Shown here: piece by piece, positions 13,150 through 27,479 of the stretch
Layout of the letters: each line of letters starts with the position of its first letter
Numbering within the stretch: position 1 is the first letter of the stretch
Source: Takakia lepidozioides
Lineage: Eukaryota > Plantae > Bryophyta
DNA: 64,000 nucleotides
Direction of reading: 5' to 3'
Assembly: GCA_030704615.1 (NCBI GenBank)
Contig: CM060733.1
Coordinates: 23,746,001-23,810,000 of the forward strand
Position numbers and translations under genes: made by a program
The notes under the pieces: model-generated
The model's database searches: none
Told to the model about the DNA's origin: nothing
What the model saw: only the letters and a program-made list of their open reading frames with translations

Positions 13150-14290
13150 AATTTCAGAGGGACAACCAGGGACTAACCAGAATCCGAAACCAGCACTTTG
13201 TCACTGTCCATCACTGGTGGGATGCGATGGGCAATGCTGATGACAGTTGAATGCACAAACTCTGGGCGAATCATCCTCTGATTAATGGGGTCTGTCAGGT
13301 GCTGTTGCCTCATCATGGCCCGCTTTAACAAAGCCTGTCACAAGTAGAAAAGCTGCAATTGTCCCACACTCCAGTTTTCGCCATTCTCCACCACTGATGA
13401 ACATCATGGATATATAAGAGCCGTCGTTGACAATGAAGTGGATGAATCCAATTGATGTCGTGTCCACATTATCAATGACAATGCGGCCACCTGAAGTATA
13501 GATTTTCTACTGCCAGTCCGGCCTCCAACTCTTCCTCGCCACCCTTGATGGAGAGAGAGATCCCTTTCAGAACTAGAGGAGTATCAGTGCAGTAGTGCAG
13601 GTGCAGCTCAAACAAAAGACTTGTCAGATCACTACTAAAGGACCAGAATCCACTACGAGAGCATGCCAGATTAGTGTCCATATTTCCCTGCTCTGTGCAA
13701 GGAAATGTAAAGCTCGCAAGAATAAAACCTAAGGCCGAAGGTTGCTCTAAAGCGAACAAAAGGGTTGAAGCCCCTGAGTTCAGGCCGATCACAGTAGTAG
13801 TGCCGAGGGATCTTTGATGAAAAAGAAACGAATGTCGGAATAGACACTCAAGGCTAGTCCAAATACAGGGGTGGGTTGTGGTTTTTGGACGATGCCGCCC
13901 ACACCTTTGGTGTCATAGGCATGCCCAACAATCATGTTACAACCCAGGTGTTGAGGCCCTCCAAAAGTTAAAGAGAGCTGCCAGATAACCCATCAGAAGA
14001 CCAAAGCAACTTACCAGACTCGGATAAGGTTTCTTGAAAAGGTCACCATCAGAACGCGGATGAGCACAAAACAACTGTTCCAATCATCTCCGAACGGAAG
14101 CCAAGCCACTTATTGGCTACAGTGATGGTGACAAACTCTGACAGTGTTTCAGATAAGTGGTGAATCACCGGAGCTTTAGTGATGGTGTCAATGCATGTGA
14201 GCTCCTTGGATGTTGCAATGAAATACTGCTGAACATACACCCCAACTGACAAAATATGGCATACCTGACCCCATTCTGTAGGCAAAAACA
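13150..14290 (-). pseudogene. ABCC/MRP-type ABC transporter pseudogene fragment (TMD2-NBD2)
   Basis: QYFIATSKELTCIDTITKAPVIHHLSETL...NKWLGFRSEMIGTVVLCSSA, DTPLVLKGISLSIKGGE and [20 protein letters not shown] match ABCC C-terminal motifs, with frameshifts, stops and internal deletions. Confidence 0.85.
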
Positions 14291-14434
14291 TTAATGTCTG
14301 CCAGCAGCCCGAGTATGTGCTTACCTGGTTTCAATTGTTACATTTGGGTTTCAACATAATGCTAGCAAGGGTGTCTTGACACATGGTGGGGTTAACCGTG
14401 CACAATTCTTCCTAGGGGAAGTGGATGCATCACA

Positions 14435-15900
14435 TGAGAAATGTGCTCATAAGATGTTGTTTGCCGTAGCATTGTGGCCATAGACCCCGCGCCCAGTTTG
14501 GGACCAGAAACTACGTTTGTGAGGGGCTCACAAAGGTAGTGTGACTTACCTTGATACAGACAATTAGTTCTTGTTTTCCAGATATCTTCACACAAGCATC
14601 AACAAGTTGCTGTGTGTGAGCTGCCTAGCAATTAGACCCCAAGAGGCCAGGGCTTAAGGCTCAGCCTCAAGATTTTGAAAGTTGGTGAACAGAGGTGCAG
14701 TGACACTGTTCTTGATCGTCCTGAAGAGGGTCACTCTCTCGTGTGAAGTGGCCTTTCATGAGAGCGAGATGGGGAGGGAGAGACACAGCTGAAGCCAGCA
14801 TAAATTAGAGCCACTTCCTCTGGCAAGCAGGGTACTGCCTCCTGTCAGGGATGGGCTCTATCCAGATACACTGTTTTATCTACCAGAGCTGATACTGCCC
14901 ATGTCAATTAAGCAACCAATGAAGAGGTGTTCAGAGAGAGAAAGAAAGAAAAGAGATGAAATGAAATGATACCTTATAACATCTGAGGGAAGCTCAAAGA
15001 GCTTATGGGACAAGAAATGAAATGAATTGGTAAATTATAACATCTGCAGAAAGCTCAAAGAGCTTATGGGAAAAATAACAAGAAAGAAACAAGAAAAAGA
15101 GAGGGGCCACAAGCAGCCCAAAAGTAACTATTGCTCAAGGGATTGTCTAAGAGTAAACGCCTCATGGTAAGCTGCCAAGCATTTCTGATCCTTGTAATGG
15201 AAGACCTCCGTGAGAGATTAGGCATCCCAGAAGAATCTCCCTCGGATCTCATAGTAGAAAGGGGTGAAAGAAGAAATGTTCTTCACTTTCGATTTCCCTG
15301 TAGTTCCCAGTGCAAGCGGAGCATAGGTGATCCTGCTTTGCAGATTTTCCCACCTACCAGTCTCTATCAGCAGACTGTGGGAGCCCACCTGAACCTCCCC
15401 AATGCCCTCAGAAGAGCACGAGATAGAGCTGCAGACAGGTAATTAGGCTGGAAGATTCTCTTGTCACAGAGAATCAAGATTGTCTCCCGATAGAAGTGCA
15501 GTTTTGTTGTCAGAATGGCTGGTTTCCATGTCCGCCTGACATGCAGTTCCATAAGTTCTCTTCTTATGCATCTATGACAGTCCTGCTTGGATGCAATTTC
15601 CACCCCCTTCGTCTTTTGTAGCAGTAAGGGAAGCAATGGAGAGTCCATTGCGAAAAGTTGGACACCCGAGCATACCAAGAGTGGTTGAAACCAGCAGCCT
15701 GATAGATGTTGTGAGGGCCCGGGCTGTCAGCTCTTTGAGTGGAAGGGCTTATAACCTTGCAAGAAAGATTGTAAGCCGGAAGATGGCCTAGGTTTGAAGT
15801 GAGACACATTCCACATATAGAATTTGTGATGGTAAAGAGTTAACAGCATGAGAAATTGCCATCAGAGCTTGTGGGAACAGGCGGAGAGATCCAGAAAGAA
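14435..15900 (-). mobile_element. 3' portion of a degraded non-LTR retrotransposon (RTEX-like)
   Basis: YLSAALSRALLRALGRFR/VGSHSLLIETGRW (frameshifted) at ~15350-15440 is a typical LINE ORF2 C-terminal motif. The 3' end is homologous to 5167-5500 and ~51010-51070. The upstream limit is uncertain. Confidence 0.65.
14956..15070. repeat. ~60-bp imperfect tandem duplication
   Basis: atgaaatgaa...ttataacatctg...aagctcaaagagcttatggga is present twice back to back. Confidence 0.7.
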
Positions 15901-18579
15901 GAGATGGAAGTGAAAACCTTTCCAGGTGTCAGCGACTCCTTCAGAAGCACACACAGGGGAAAAGCTGCTATAGAGACTTCAAGTGTGGCCAATTATACCG
16001 GAATTTCGGTGAGCCAGCTGCGCCCAGATCCACAGGTTTCCTCGATCTTTGCTCGGAACGCGTCAGCCAGCAGCCATGAAGAAAGTATCTGAACTGTTCC
16101 CACATTGGGCCTATCTGCGACAAAAAGCATGCACTTCAATAAACTCACTGGTACATTCCATGGGGGTGCTTTCTCAAGTCTTCACACTCTCCTAGTTGGA
16201 GAAAGGTAATGCCCTTTCATTACTCCCATAGGAATGAAGGTCACCACAAGGACAGGCACTTGGCTGATTGAGGACAGCAAGTGGTCTGTAAGATCACTCC
16301 TCTATAGAAATACCTGTCAACCCAATAATGGCAATAATGCCCAGGAATGCAACAATTGGAAAAGTTCCAAGACCAACAACACCACCAATCTTGAGCTGTG
16401 TATTGTGCGGCTCATGTGTCACAAAGCAGGCCAATGCTTGTGAACAGCGTGAGAAGAAAAGGGAGGAGAGTCAAGATGCACGAACATGGTGTGGAGCCAA
16501 ATGCATTGTTGCCATGAATTTCTTTTCATGCCCTATGATTGCAGCGAAGGTTGCCCATGCTGCTTATTGAGAACAGCAACTTCTGGGCGAGGACTTGGTG
16601 CACCCATATGCAACCCAGAAACCAAACCCGCCAGACTGCCACAAACAAGTGCACCACACTAACCACAATATCAAGCCAATAGTTTGAGGAATTTATGACC
16701 CTGCATCTTCTGACTATGGGCAGCTAACGAAGCTTTTGTTTGTTGCAGAATGACAAAAACCAAATGTACTGTTGAAATAAACACCTGTTGGGGACATGAT
16801 GCAAAGAAGACGAACTTCAACCAGACCCAGAGGCTGTTGCTATGGTCGGACCTTGTGCATGAAGTTGTCCAGGCTATCACAAGATAGGACCCCATCTCTA
16901 CCGCCACCTGGGGCATCATGGCGAATCGCACAAATTCAGTCACGGAATGAGTATTTGAATGAAGGAGAAAGAACCAGTTTATTCAATGAACTTCCTTCGT
17001 CAAAATCAAGAGCAGAAGGATCAGTGCCACAAAGGAAGCCTGCTCCAATAGACGGACCTACCTTTCTAAGCAGAGTTGACCCTCACATTCCTCCGGACGT
17101 TGTCCATCCCACAATTCAGTGTCTCATGGCTTTCAGTACTGCTCCGGACACTCCTAAAAGAGGTGAAGTGATGGTGCGAGGAGGTAATTTAGCTCATGAT
17201 TATCCTGACAATGCAGCAGGACATGACGCTATCGCCATCATGCTCAGGCTGAGTTAGTATATGTGAGCGGAAATTTCTCAGCTGTGCTCAGAGGTAAGCA
17301 GACGCGCTTGGCTTGAACTTCAACCTAGTATCCACCGGGTGCGGGTGCAGTTAGGCGAGACCGACATAGCAAACACAGCAAGCTGAATGGAAACCCACTA
17401 GCACACAACGCTTCTTCAGGAGAAAAGCTGATTGTGTCTGCTTCAGCTGGCCTTTACAGTCAAAAGAGATGTATCTTAGGAAATAGTACAAATAGCACTA
17501 CTAGGGTCTCGAAAAGCCTGCCGCTTTGGCTTGCGGTTTTCTTTCTCAGATGCTTTCCTGTCTGATCACTGTAGACATTCCAGATTGCTGCTGTTGGTAG
17601 CGGGTGAGATAAGAAGATAGACTGCTGGCTAAGTAGGTTGTTGCTTGTTGTTTCTGCAGTACATTAAGAGTGGGCAATCTGAATTGAGGTCTTATGTTCT
17701 AGGCTCAGACAGTACCGGGCTTGCATTCCACCTGAATTGGTTGTGGAATTCTCTTACCTGCACGATCTCCTAACGTGAGTATTGTGCGCTCTGAAGACCC
17801 GCTGGCCAAGATGAAGGGTACGTAGAGGGTCATCAAAGAGAGCGAGGGCGAGAAGTTTCAGTTCGCAAGGATTGCAAAGCCTGCCCCAAAGACATCGTTT
17901 GCAAATGCAGCGTGAGCACCAACCACGGTTATAGGGACAATATGTGATAGACCAAATTTAGAATCCCTACTCGGACATAGGATGCTGGGTCAATAGGGAG
18001 AACCAACAGAGAAAATAGACGTCATGGAGCTTACGAAAGTCTTTGCAATTTTTTTAATTCAATGGAATGTGAAGAAGGAACTCTTTCACATGAAGAGTTC
18101 CGCATAGTTGCATAAAAAGACCCAAGTGGGGTGACTATCCAAATGGGCAAAACTGCCCCCAAGAGGAGAAACAAAATCTCCTGAAGCTAGATATATTAAC
18201 AAAAAAGAATCAAAATATTCTAGTATCACCTACTGCCTGAAGAAGGTCAGACAATAGAAAAGAGGATGGTCAGAAAGTGCCAGGAGACGAGCTGAACGCC
18301 CGGCAATCTCTGCCCCACGTAAAATAGACAGAGCAACAAAAATTTGTTGTCTAAAATTCAAATGCTGCAAAATACGTTTAGGCTTCCAACGCTTTTGTTT
18401 TCCGCTGCACAATGGGCACATTTGCGAAAGAAGTTGTTGAAACTGATGACAACCCCAATAGTCATTCATTTGATGATCTAAACCACTTGATCTTCACACA
18501 CCACAACAAGACATTAAACACAAAGAAGAGTAAAAAAAGAAAGTTGGGTCTAATCATTGTCAAAGTCAAGAGCAGCAAT

Positions 18580-21500
18580 TCCTTATCCCCTCTTATGCAT
18601 ATTGAGGGAGTTTGTAAACATGATCATTCCCAGCAATTTTGTAGTCAGCTTGGAGCATGGGAAACTTGATCTGCGCACATGCTCGGCATACAAGAAGACA
18701 ATACATGAGTTTTTAAATAGAACATAACTGATGTCTGACATCCCCCATTTCTCGTAATATTTTTCAACCAATGTCATGTCTCCTTCATGGAATGCCGTGC
18801 CCCATGCATCGGTGAAACTCTTCTTCACATTGTGAAGGAGCAGAGTACAACAAACAATATATAAGTCAATATGTACTTCATTCCCTTTTTCAACATTGAC
18901 TGCAACGTTGTCGCCAATCTCAACGCAAGAAACCAAATAATCGTCATTTACCCCTATTGATCCCAATCATCATATGTTGCTGCAATCTCCATGGCATGGC
19001 GGACATATGTCATATTCTTTGGGTTCCAAAACTCCACATCCCTTTGGCATGTCCATGTAGTATTGACACATTGCTTCCACTGCGAGTCAATACAAAAGCA
19101 ACAAAAGCATGCAAGGTATTTTGTCATAAGCTTATTAACATCACCATTTACAACTGATCTTATTGAATGTAACTTTTTTTGTACCCTTGATAGGAGCACA
19201 ATCATAAAGTGTGTGTCGGTTAACATCCTCAACCTTCATATTCCAAAAAACGCATTTGACAGTTTTTTATTACCAGAATAAGAAGACTCTGGCCTTGAAG
19301 ACAGGTGGTCACGCAAGAAGTTAACAACATCTTACGCATTCTGCAGCTTATGATAAAAAAACATCCAGCTGCGCCGTATGGAGGAATCTTTTGATAACCG
19401 CACATACCCCATCATGAGGGCTCTTGCCATGATCCCCTGTACCAAAGAAGCTCCAAAGCAGAACACAACCACGACCAATAATATGAGGGAATCTACTAAT
19501 CAAATACCACGGCACTTTGCTCTTGAACTGGGAAGAGCATCTATCACTCCACACACCGTGTTGTTTTGGACGAAACAAAGTAGTGATCGCATACTATCAG
19601 TGTAGTTGCTGCAAGCAGTGTCCAACAAAGTAATTGTCATGTGTTTTGTCATCTGAGATAAAAAGAATTGGTATTCCATCAAGTTATCTAAGTCTGGATT
19701 ATGCACCTCGAGGTTAGGATTTCGACGCACCAGGATTGTGATCTGAAAAGAATGTCAAAAGGTTTGTGTTTTATCCTTTTGTTATAGAAGAAAGACTTAC
19801 CAGTAAACTGATGCCAAGTTTTATGGAAATGGAGGCCACATTCAGTTTGAACTGAGCAAACATGGGAACTAAGTCTCCCAAGTGTCATAATCGCTCCAGG
19901 GCTGTTGACAGCGACAAGAGAGATGACAAGAGAGATTGACAAGAGAGAGGTGTGACGGCTCGCTTATAGAGGTATTACGCAGAAGTGAAATACCTAGCGA
20001 CCGGGTCATCACTGTGGGTGTGCTCCCGGTGGCCACTAACCAACAAATCACAGACTCCAAGATGGAGGTTTATGGAATCAACCTTGAATCTATCAAGAAA
20101 AGCGTTGATGACCTAAAGGACATGACCGACGTGAAACTTGAAGCACTCAACAAGAAAGTGGAAGCACTACATCTTGAAATGAAGAATGGCTTCTTGAGCC
20201 TAAAGAAGAAGTGAAGCATGGGTTTTTTGTCTTACTGACAGTCTAATGATAAGCTAGGTAAATAAGCTAGGTAGTTTCTTTCCTACTGAATGCTTGCATG
20301 TGGGTTTTCTCTCTCGACAGAGTCATGGGGTTGTGGTCACGGAAGAGATTTTTGAAATGGTTGAAAGCTATATATGGATGTCATGTCCGAATCTCTCTAG
20401 CTTGTTCACTGAAAAAATTAAAAATTAAAATGAGATAGCCAAAGGCCAAAGAAAAGCTCCAAAGATGAGACATACTAACCAAAGAAAAAATATAAACAAA
20501 AGTCATACCACAAAACTTCAAGGAGGAGGAGAGGGCCGGATGGTATGTTAGGAATGAGTTGTATAAGACCGGTTCAGCTTGGTGAAGAATGAACTTGCTA
20601 TGAGATGGTAGGAGTGTTTATTGTGCATTTTTTTCTGAATTTCAAAACTATAATTTTCAAGAAAAATCCACCACTAAAACCAATATATTAGCAGGAAAAT
20701 TCTTTAGACATTCCTTAAATTGTTTGTCTTCCCAGCGAGCAATAAAATTGTGGCGAATGAAGTACGTCTGGACTTTAGGCTTCAAGTACCAGTTCACGAG
20801 GTGACGTTCGCTTATAGAGGAGAGTACGCTTCTTTTTCTCCTGCCCTTTTTTTGTCATTATTGTTTGTAGAGAGAAGTGTTTCTACTCCACAAGTGCTCA
20901 ATCGAATCATCCTCCTCAACATGATAAAGAGAGAGGTTATCAACACCGCAATTATTACATTTTCCACACATGCACTCTTGTTTGTGTCGTTCAGTAGTCA
21001 TCCTTCGGGCACACCATTGACTCTAATATAATAGTATAATTGGAGCCATGTGTATCCCAAACGCACAGTTGAGGACGGTTAGTCCTCGCCAGGTGGAGAA
21101 TCTACTGCAAGTAGCTTTTTGTTCGAAGGCGCATGGAAGTGGGTGGGCTCATGTGTCAAAAGAATGTATGTAGAAAGTCGGGTGGATGTTAGATCCTGAT
21201 AAAATCAAAATATATTCTGTTATATCAGTTGAAGGCGTTTACAGGCCATGGTGCATTTGCCCAAGTCTACCTTGTTGAGGCTCTCAACAAGACAGGAGAT
21301 AGTCGTCGTGTAGTCCTAAAAGTAAGATAACCATTGCTGAACTTCATTGTAAATGTTAGCCATCAGAAGGATGTGCATCGTTCTACAACACTGTCAGAAG
21401 TATTAAATTATCTAAACAGTGTATCATATTAGCGCTTATCATATTAGCCCGTAATACCGTATTACGGTCTCTGATGTGTAGATTCCATGAGTATTGTCTG

Positions 21501-21780
21501 TGAGTTTAATCGACTTTCTTTGTAATATATTTGTGATAAATGTTGTAGAGAACGCATAATTGTGGTAATTAACCTATGAGTGATACGCAAAAGTAGAGTG
21601 GATACCTGACTTGGCACACATGTTGTTGAAGCCCACTCGCAACTCTTCCATCTCCACATGATATTAAATGCAACAACATACATTCCGGTCTTTCATCCGC
21701 TTCACAAAGAATGGTTTCAACGCATCAAAAGCTCGTCTCCCAAATATTGTAGGGTATGATATTTGAAATTGCAGAAAGAA
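18580..21780 (-). mobile_element. Fragmented DDD-type DNA transposase (Sola-like), interrupted by unrelated sequence
   Basis: N-terminal piece LKPFFVKRMKDRNVCCCI*YHVEMEEL (~21630-21730); catalytic region VWSDRCSSQFKS...WSFFGTGDHGKSPHDGVCAVIKR (19348-19578); Cys cluster LACFCCFCIDSQWKQCVN (~19060-19120). Superfamily is inferred from motif resemblance. Confidence 0.6.
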
Positions 21781-22419
21781 ATCCATCTATAGACTCATTT
21801 GTTCTACTGTTAAAATCGAAGTCCAAGTTGTGCATTCACAAATATGGATGTCATGTGAATCCCTTGATTTTCCATAGAACCCATGACTATCTATACAAGT
21901 CTACAATCAGTCCACAGTTGGAGTCATGGACAACAAAATAACTTCAGAAATCCAAAATTCCACATTCAATCCAAGACACTTCACATACAATCAATAGAAT
22001 TCCATAATTGCAACCAACACTGGAGTCATGGACAGCCAGTCCACCAGTACTCACATTACTAAGGATTTCGACCTTGAAAACCCTATAGTTTGTCAAACAA
22101 AAACAAAGCAGTAAAGACTTTGCAAATATGACAACAAAGGAAGTTGGATCATGCCATAAGCATGACCATCTTGGAGAATCCACCAGCCGCCAATGTGCAA
22201 GTAGGTTTTCAGGTCTGCACCGCCACTAGGTCTTACACACATCGTCCAATCCTCAGAGAACGAGCATTTCATCTCCATAGAATAAGGCAGAAGCTTGATG
22301 CCCCATGGGTGTATATCAAGAGACACGTCGTTCAAAAATCGGACCTCTCTGAACCCAAAAATGACACGTCACATCCTACGCATCTCCACCTAGATTTCTT
22401 GGTTGTTTTGTCTATATGT

Positions 22420-22720
22420 TTCTAGGCCATTTTGAGATAATGGAAATCTACACCATGTTAGTGAAAAGTACCACCCGCAAAACAAAATAGACAATGTGCT
22501 ATGGGCTTTTTAAAAACACGCACATTTTTGTAGCACAAATTAGTCCATACGGTCTAAATAAAAAATAAGTTTGTTCAAGTAAATGCATGATTACAATGTT
22601 CATAAAATTGGCCCCCCCACATAAAACATTAAAGAAATTGCCCAATTGCACAATCCCTTTCTAGAATCCATAAGTTTCATTTTAAACAAAAGACACTACA
22701 TAGTTTTCAATTCAAAGTCC
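22420..22720. repeat. AT-rich MITE-like repeat remnant, related in inverted orientation to ~38960-39270
   Basis: Shared motifs such as aaaacaaaatagacaatgtgctatggg versus the reverse-complement aaaacccaaaagacaatatgctatgga, and attcaaagtccata. Confidence 0.4.
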
Positions 22721-25439
22721 ATAACTTGGACACACTTGGTCTCTTTTGCAATCCAACAATTGGCACATATATATATAGTATAATTGGCAATACTAAGGCA
22801 TCCAGATTGGATACAATAGGGGCGATCAGCAGCTCAACTGGGTTCGATCCCCATCCAAGTTTGGGCATAGGGTATATGTTGTCTCATGATTGGGAAACAT
22901 CTATTACTAAGTTGCTGAACTAGTGTTTGATAATATGAATACATTGAGCAAGTTCAAGATCCCTTTGAATTGTTGTATCTTTCTCTTGATACCTTTGCTG
23001 GAATTCATCTGTTGGCACAAACACGTGTTGTGGGAACAACTACAAAGACACTATGAAGGACTTGGAAAAAATTAGGTGCAACTCTAAATCTTGATAGTAA
23101 ACAAATGACTTCAACAAATTTAAGGGGTTCCACCATATCTTGAAAGCACACAAATGACTTCGAAAAAATTCAGAGGGTTCGAAATCTTCAAAACACACAC
23201 ATACATAACAGACTTGGACAAACTCATGGCTCCATAATTTTGAAATTCAAAGTTTCGAAATGATGCCTCTTAGTTTGAAAACATTCCAACAAGATTGAAA
23301 ATCCGAGACATATTTTTGGTGAACGGTAGGCCATATATATGTAGGGTGGAGTCCAAAACCTTCTCAAATGAAGGGTGGGCCAAACCTAGTAGGGGGTTTG
23401 ACCGGGTTGAGGGTGGAGTGGAACCCCATGAAAGTAGGGGCCGGGTTGCCGTAGGAGCTCCCAAACCCGGTACGCTTGTCGGCTATGGCTCCAAATATCA
23501 TAGGCCTATAGGCTATAATATAGGTGTGCCATTTGAAGTCCCGGGCAGGGAACCCAAAAACCCTATGTCATGCTTTGATTGGTCCCAAACTTTTTTGGGG
23601 ACTTCTTATAGATGCCCACAACACTTCCACTAGAGGGATTAGGAATTGAACAGTTCAATTGTCTTGCAGAAATTTAGGAGGAGATATTTTGTCCTGCCCG
23701 AAGAAAAGGGATAAATTTGACCCCCCATCCTTTTGCCACTACAAAGTTGCCGGGCCACTTGGAAATATATCAGAAAAAACTGAAAATTTCAGGGAATGTG
23801 GATTTTCAGGTAGGGAACTGAATTCCCGAGACTGTCTAATAATCAAAACTGCCCAGATGTGAGCTAAAAACTGTTTTTTCTGGCACCTATTATTTAGGGA
23901 AGCGAATTTTTTGGTCCCAACTGGTCCCAACCCTATACTTATAATCTTTGAACTAGCGGCTGGATTAGCGGTAGGTGGGTAGTAATAGGTTTTGCAATTG
24001 TGCTTATAGAACAAGATATATTCTAATTGAATATCACGTCAAATACTTGTGTGAATCATGTTGGTGGTATGATCCCCTAAATGATGTGCATTGCTATCAC
24101 CACTATATCCAATGAGAACTAGCTTCTCACTCTTTGAGTCTAACTTGTTCCTAAGCTACTTCGGGACATTTTTGCATGTTAGGCATCCCAACACTCTAAG
24201 GTGAGATACATAAGGTTTTCCTTTTGGACAATCTCAAATGGTGTTCTGTTTTCCAACCTTTTGTTGAGTGATCTATTGAGGAGTCAGGACATGCAATATT
24301 GTGCTTATTGCCTCTGCCCATAGACTGTGTGGTAGATCTCCAATATTGTTCTATTTTCCCTTTTGATATAGCCATTTTGTTTAGGTGTATATGGTGAGAA
24401 CATCTCATGAAATTCTCTACCAAGGAACTCTCCTCCTCGATTTGTTCTAAATCTCTCAATCTTTTATGTCCCTATGGACTTCTTGCTCTAGATGTTTGTA
24501 GGACTCGCTAATTGTTTTGAAAGAAGTAAACATAAAGTTGATGTCCGTGCTGCAATCGTCTTTTAACGACACCTCCCGCATATTTTTACTCATTGGTCTG
24601 CAAATGTCTGCATGGAAGAAATGTTCAGTCTCATTGGTCTCTCCTTTAAGATTCTTATGTATTGGAAAGCTTGTGCAATGCTATTTCTCATATACACATC
24701 CTTCGCACAACTCTTTGTCATAATCATTGCTAGTTAAAGTGAGCCCTTTCACAATACTTGTAATCTTTTTAATCAACCTATTGTTGTGGTGACACAACTT
24801 GTGATATCATAACTGTTTCCAATGGTTTGAACAAGCACAACCTCTCTTCTTAGATCATATTTTGTAACAACAACCTTAGCTTGAGAATGGTTGACAATGG
24901 GAGCCTTGATATTCATCTGGGGAAGTCACTTCCATTTTTTTTCCAAATTGTGTCAAAAACATATAGGGTAACATATATATTATACTCTTTGAAGGTAGAA
25001 TTTACAATATTTTTAGAAATAAAATTGGGGGTCCTTATTTTGTGGATATCGCACTTAAATAAGAATAAGATTATATATTTTCTAGAACTACATATAGGTG
25101 CCACAATGGAAATAACATGTGTCGTTCATTCTATAATATATTTGTATTGGGACTTCATAAACGGCTGTTTGGACCTAGACGAGGGGACTTGGACTCTGCT
25201 TGGATGAGGTGACTTGGTTTACGGAGGATACGATTTGCTTTAGGGTTATTTAGTTTTATCCACGACGCGGTTCTCATTGTATACATTGAACTCATGTTGT
25301 AGGTATTGTGTTGTAATTGGAACTTATTTTCATGGAGGGTATAGATTCACCTTTGACATTTTTATAGTTAACTTCCCAACCATCCGTTGATAGAGCTGGG
25401 TGTCGGTGCTCCCATGTCAATCTTGAGTTTGAGCCCAAA

Positions 25440-25747
25440 GAGCATAGGTGTGACTGTCGCATTGCATTGCCCATATCCAAATTCTTCCAGGATTTGGGTT
25501 GCGTAGCCTGTTTGAGTCACAGTGATCCCTTTAGGTCGAAAGAATATTCAAGCCCAAGAGACAGCTTTACTAGACCCATGTCTGTCATCTCAAAGCATTT
25601 CTTGATCTCCAACCGTATCCATTGCAGCTTATTGTCGTGGTTACCAATAAGGTAGACCTCGTCTACATATAGCATGAGTAGCAATTTTGTCTCCTTCTCT
25701 AAAATAATACAAGTTTCCATCCTGAGTTGGTGTCCCTTCATCAACAA
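25440..25747 (-). mobile_element. Ty1/Copia reverse transcriptase relic
   Basis: LLLMLYVDEVYLIGNHDNKLQWIRLEIKKCFEMTDMGLVKLSLGLE matches the degenerate Copia YVDD...FEMxDLG motif. Confidence 0.8.
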
Positions 25748-27479
25748 ATCGAGTTTTCATGATCGAAGTTTTATCTTTTTCAGAATAGGCCCAATAAATG
25801 GCAGGCTGATGCATCGTTTGAACTTTGTTCGAAATATCTGCATGTTGTTTTGATCAAGACCCAACTTGACAGCTGGAACAGATCACAAAACAAGTGATAA
25901 TAAAAGGAGAGGCAACATACGAGAGATGATTGTGTGGGGAACATGGGCTAAAACCAAAATAGAGCTATTTTGCAAAATCCAATAATAGAAATAGGTGCCA
26001 AGTTGGCCATTGAGAAGGACTACACAACTACTTCAAAGCACATTGCCATCTACATTTGTCTCGTTTGGCGACTGATAAACAATCTAATCATCCGGTTCAG
26101 TGCGTCTATTTAATCTACTTTTGTCGGTCTTTCTGTCTCATAGTATGGACAAATAAACTTTGGACTTAGACTAAAGTTGAGCAGGTATATATATATATAT
26201 ATATCTGGCGCACTAGTGTTGAGACCCAATCACATGATAAAGTTTGGTGGACATGACTTGGGTTGGGCCAACAACTCACCAGTTAACGGCCAAAGCTAGA
26301 ACTGTTAGGTAGCAACTTTGCATGGGTAGTACCCCCGACTCGACCCAAAGTGTTGAAACAATCATTGGTAGCAACTTTGCCAACCAATACTTTGGACCCA
26401 GTATAAGTTTACGTGAGACTTCAACATATAATTTAAATATGACATTAATTTTGTCACTGAATTACTGGTCATTGTTTCCACTATCCTTCCATTATAGATT
26501 ATCATTATTTTATTCTACTTTTTTTTTTATAAAAATGAATATGTGATTGTAAAGAATACCAACTTGTATTAAGAACAATGTATTTTGTTTCATTTTTCAA
26601 AAGTTGATGGTGAGGGGAAAAAAATTAAAACCCTTGAGTGCCTGAAGGCTGCCATAAGGCTTCAATAATGCAATTAAAGCTCCAAAGGGCTTCCTCCTTT
26701 TTTCGAGAAAAAAAAAGAAAAAGAAGAAGAAGAAGATGGCTATCTATTCTACCCGGGTTGGAGATGATAAAATTTCATTGTACTAGATAATGAGCTGGGT
26801 AGGGCCCATTCTGCCCTGTAAGTGGCACTGGGCGAGACCGGTAGGCCGAGCCCTGTGGCCGTGCATAGGGCAGAATGGGCCCTACCCGACCCGTTCACTG
26901 GCCTTAAAAGCAGGCGTGGCCTATTCTCGCCGCTACGTGGCGCAATATGATTGAGATTCAATTATCCCATATCGATTGCCCAGATTCAGAGCCCCGGAGA
27001 GGATATAAACGAGGCGAGCCTCACAGGGAAGGCGGGAGAGTTGATGACTGATGGCTCACGACATGGGCCTTAGTGGTAGCTCTGCCGTCCTCTGTGCGTA
27101 ATCGGCCATCCCTGTCGATTCTGCCCTGGGTGGCTGATTCGGCCTAAGATTAGGCTAAAAAATTGGCAAAACACGCCACACCTGCTTTCAACATTAGGTT
27201 GTTCACCACCTACCAAGAGTCTAAAAAAACGTCCAAGACCTGAGATCCGTATAACAGGTGCGCCTCTACCTCTCTCTCTTTACAGATATGACGCCTTTGG
27301 AAGGAAGCCTAAATTATAGTGTTTATATTCCAATTTTGTTGATGTCACGTTGATGTCACCATGAACCTCTTGTCCTTTATCCAAAGCTCCCAGGCTGGAA
27401 CATGCATTGAAAACAGATATGAAGGTGACCTTCTGGATGATGACCCTCAATCAATACTACTAAAATACTACGAAACACA

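Noticed and set aside
16796-17257. 153-aa ORF on the + strand
   Set aside because: No recognisable domain, no supporting exon structure, and it lies in a degraded repeat region.
19936-20214. Short coiled-coil-like ORF (MEVYGINLESIKKSVDDLK...)
   Set aside because: Too short and generic to assign; it sits between transposase fragments and is probably TE-derived.
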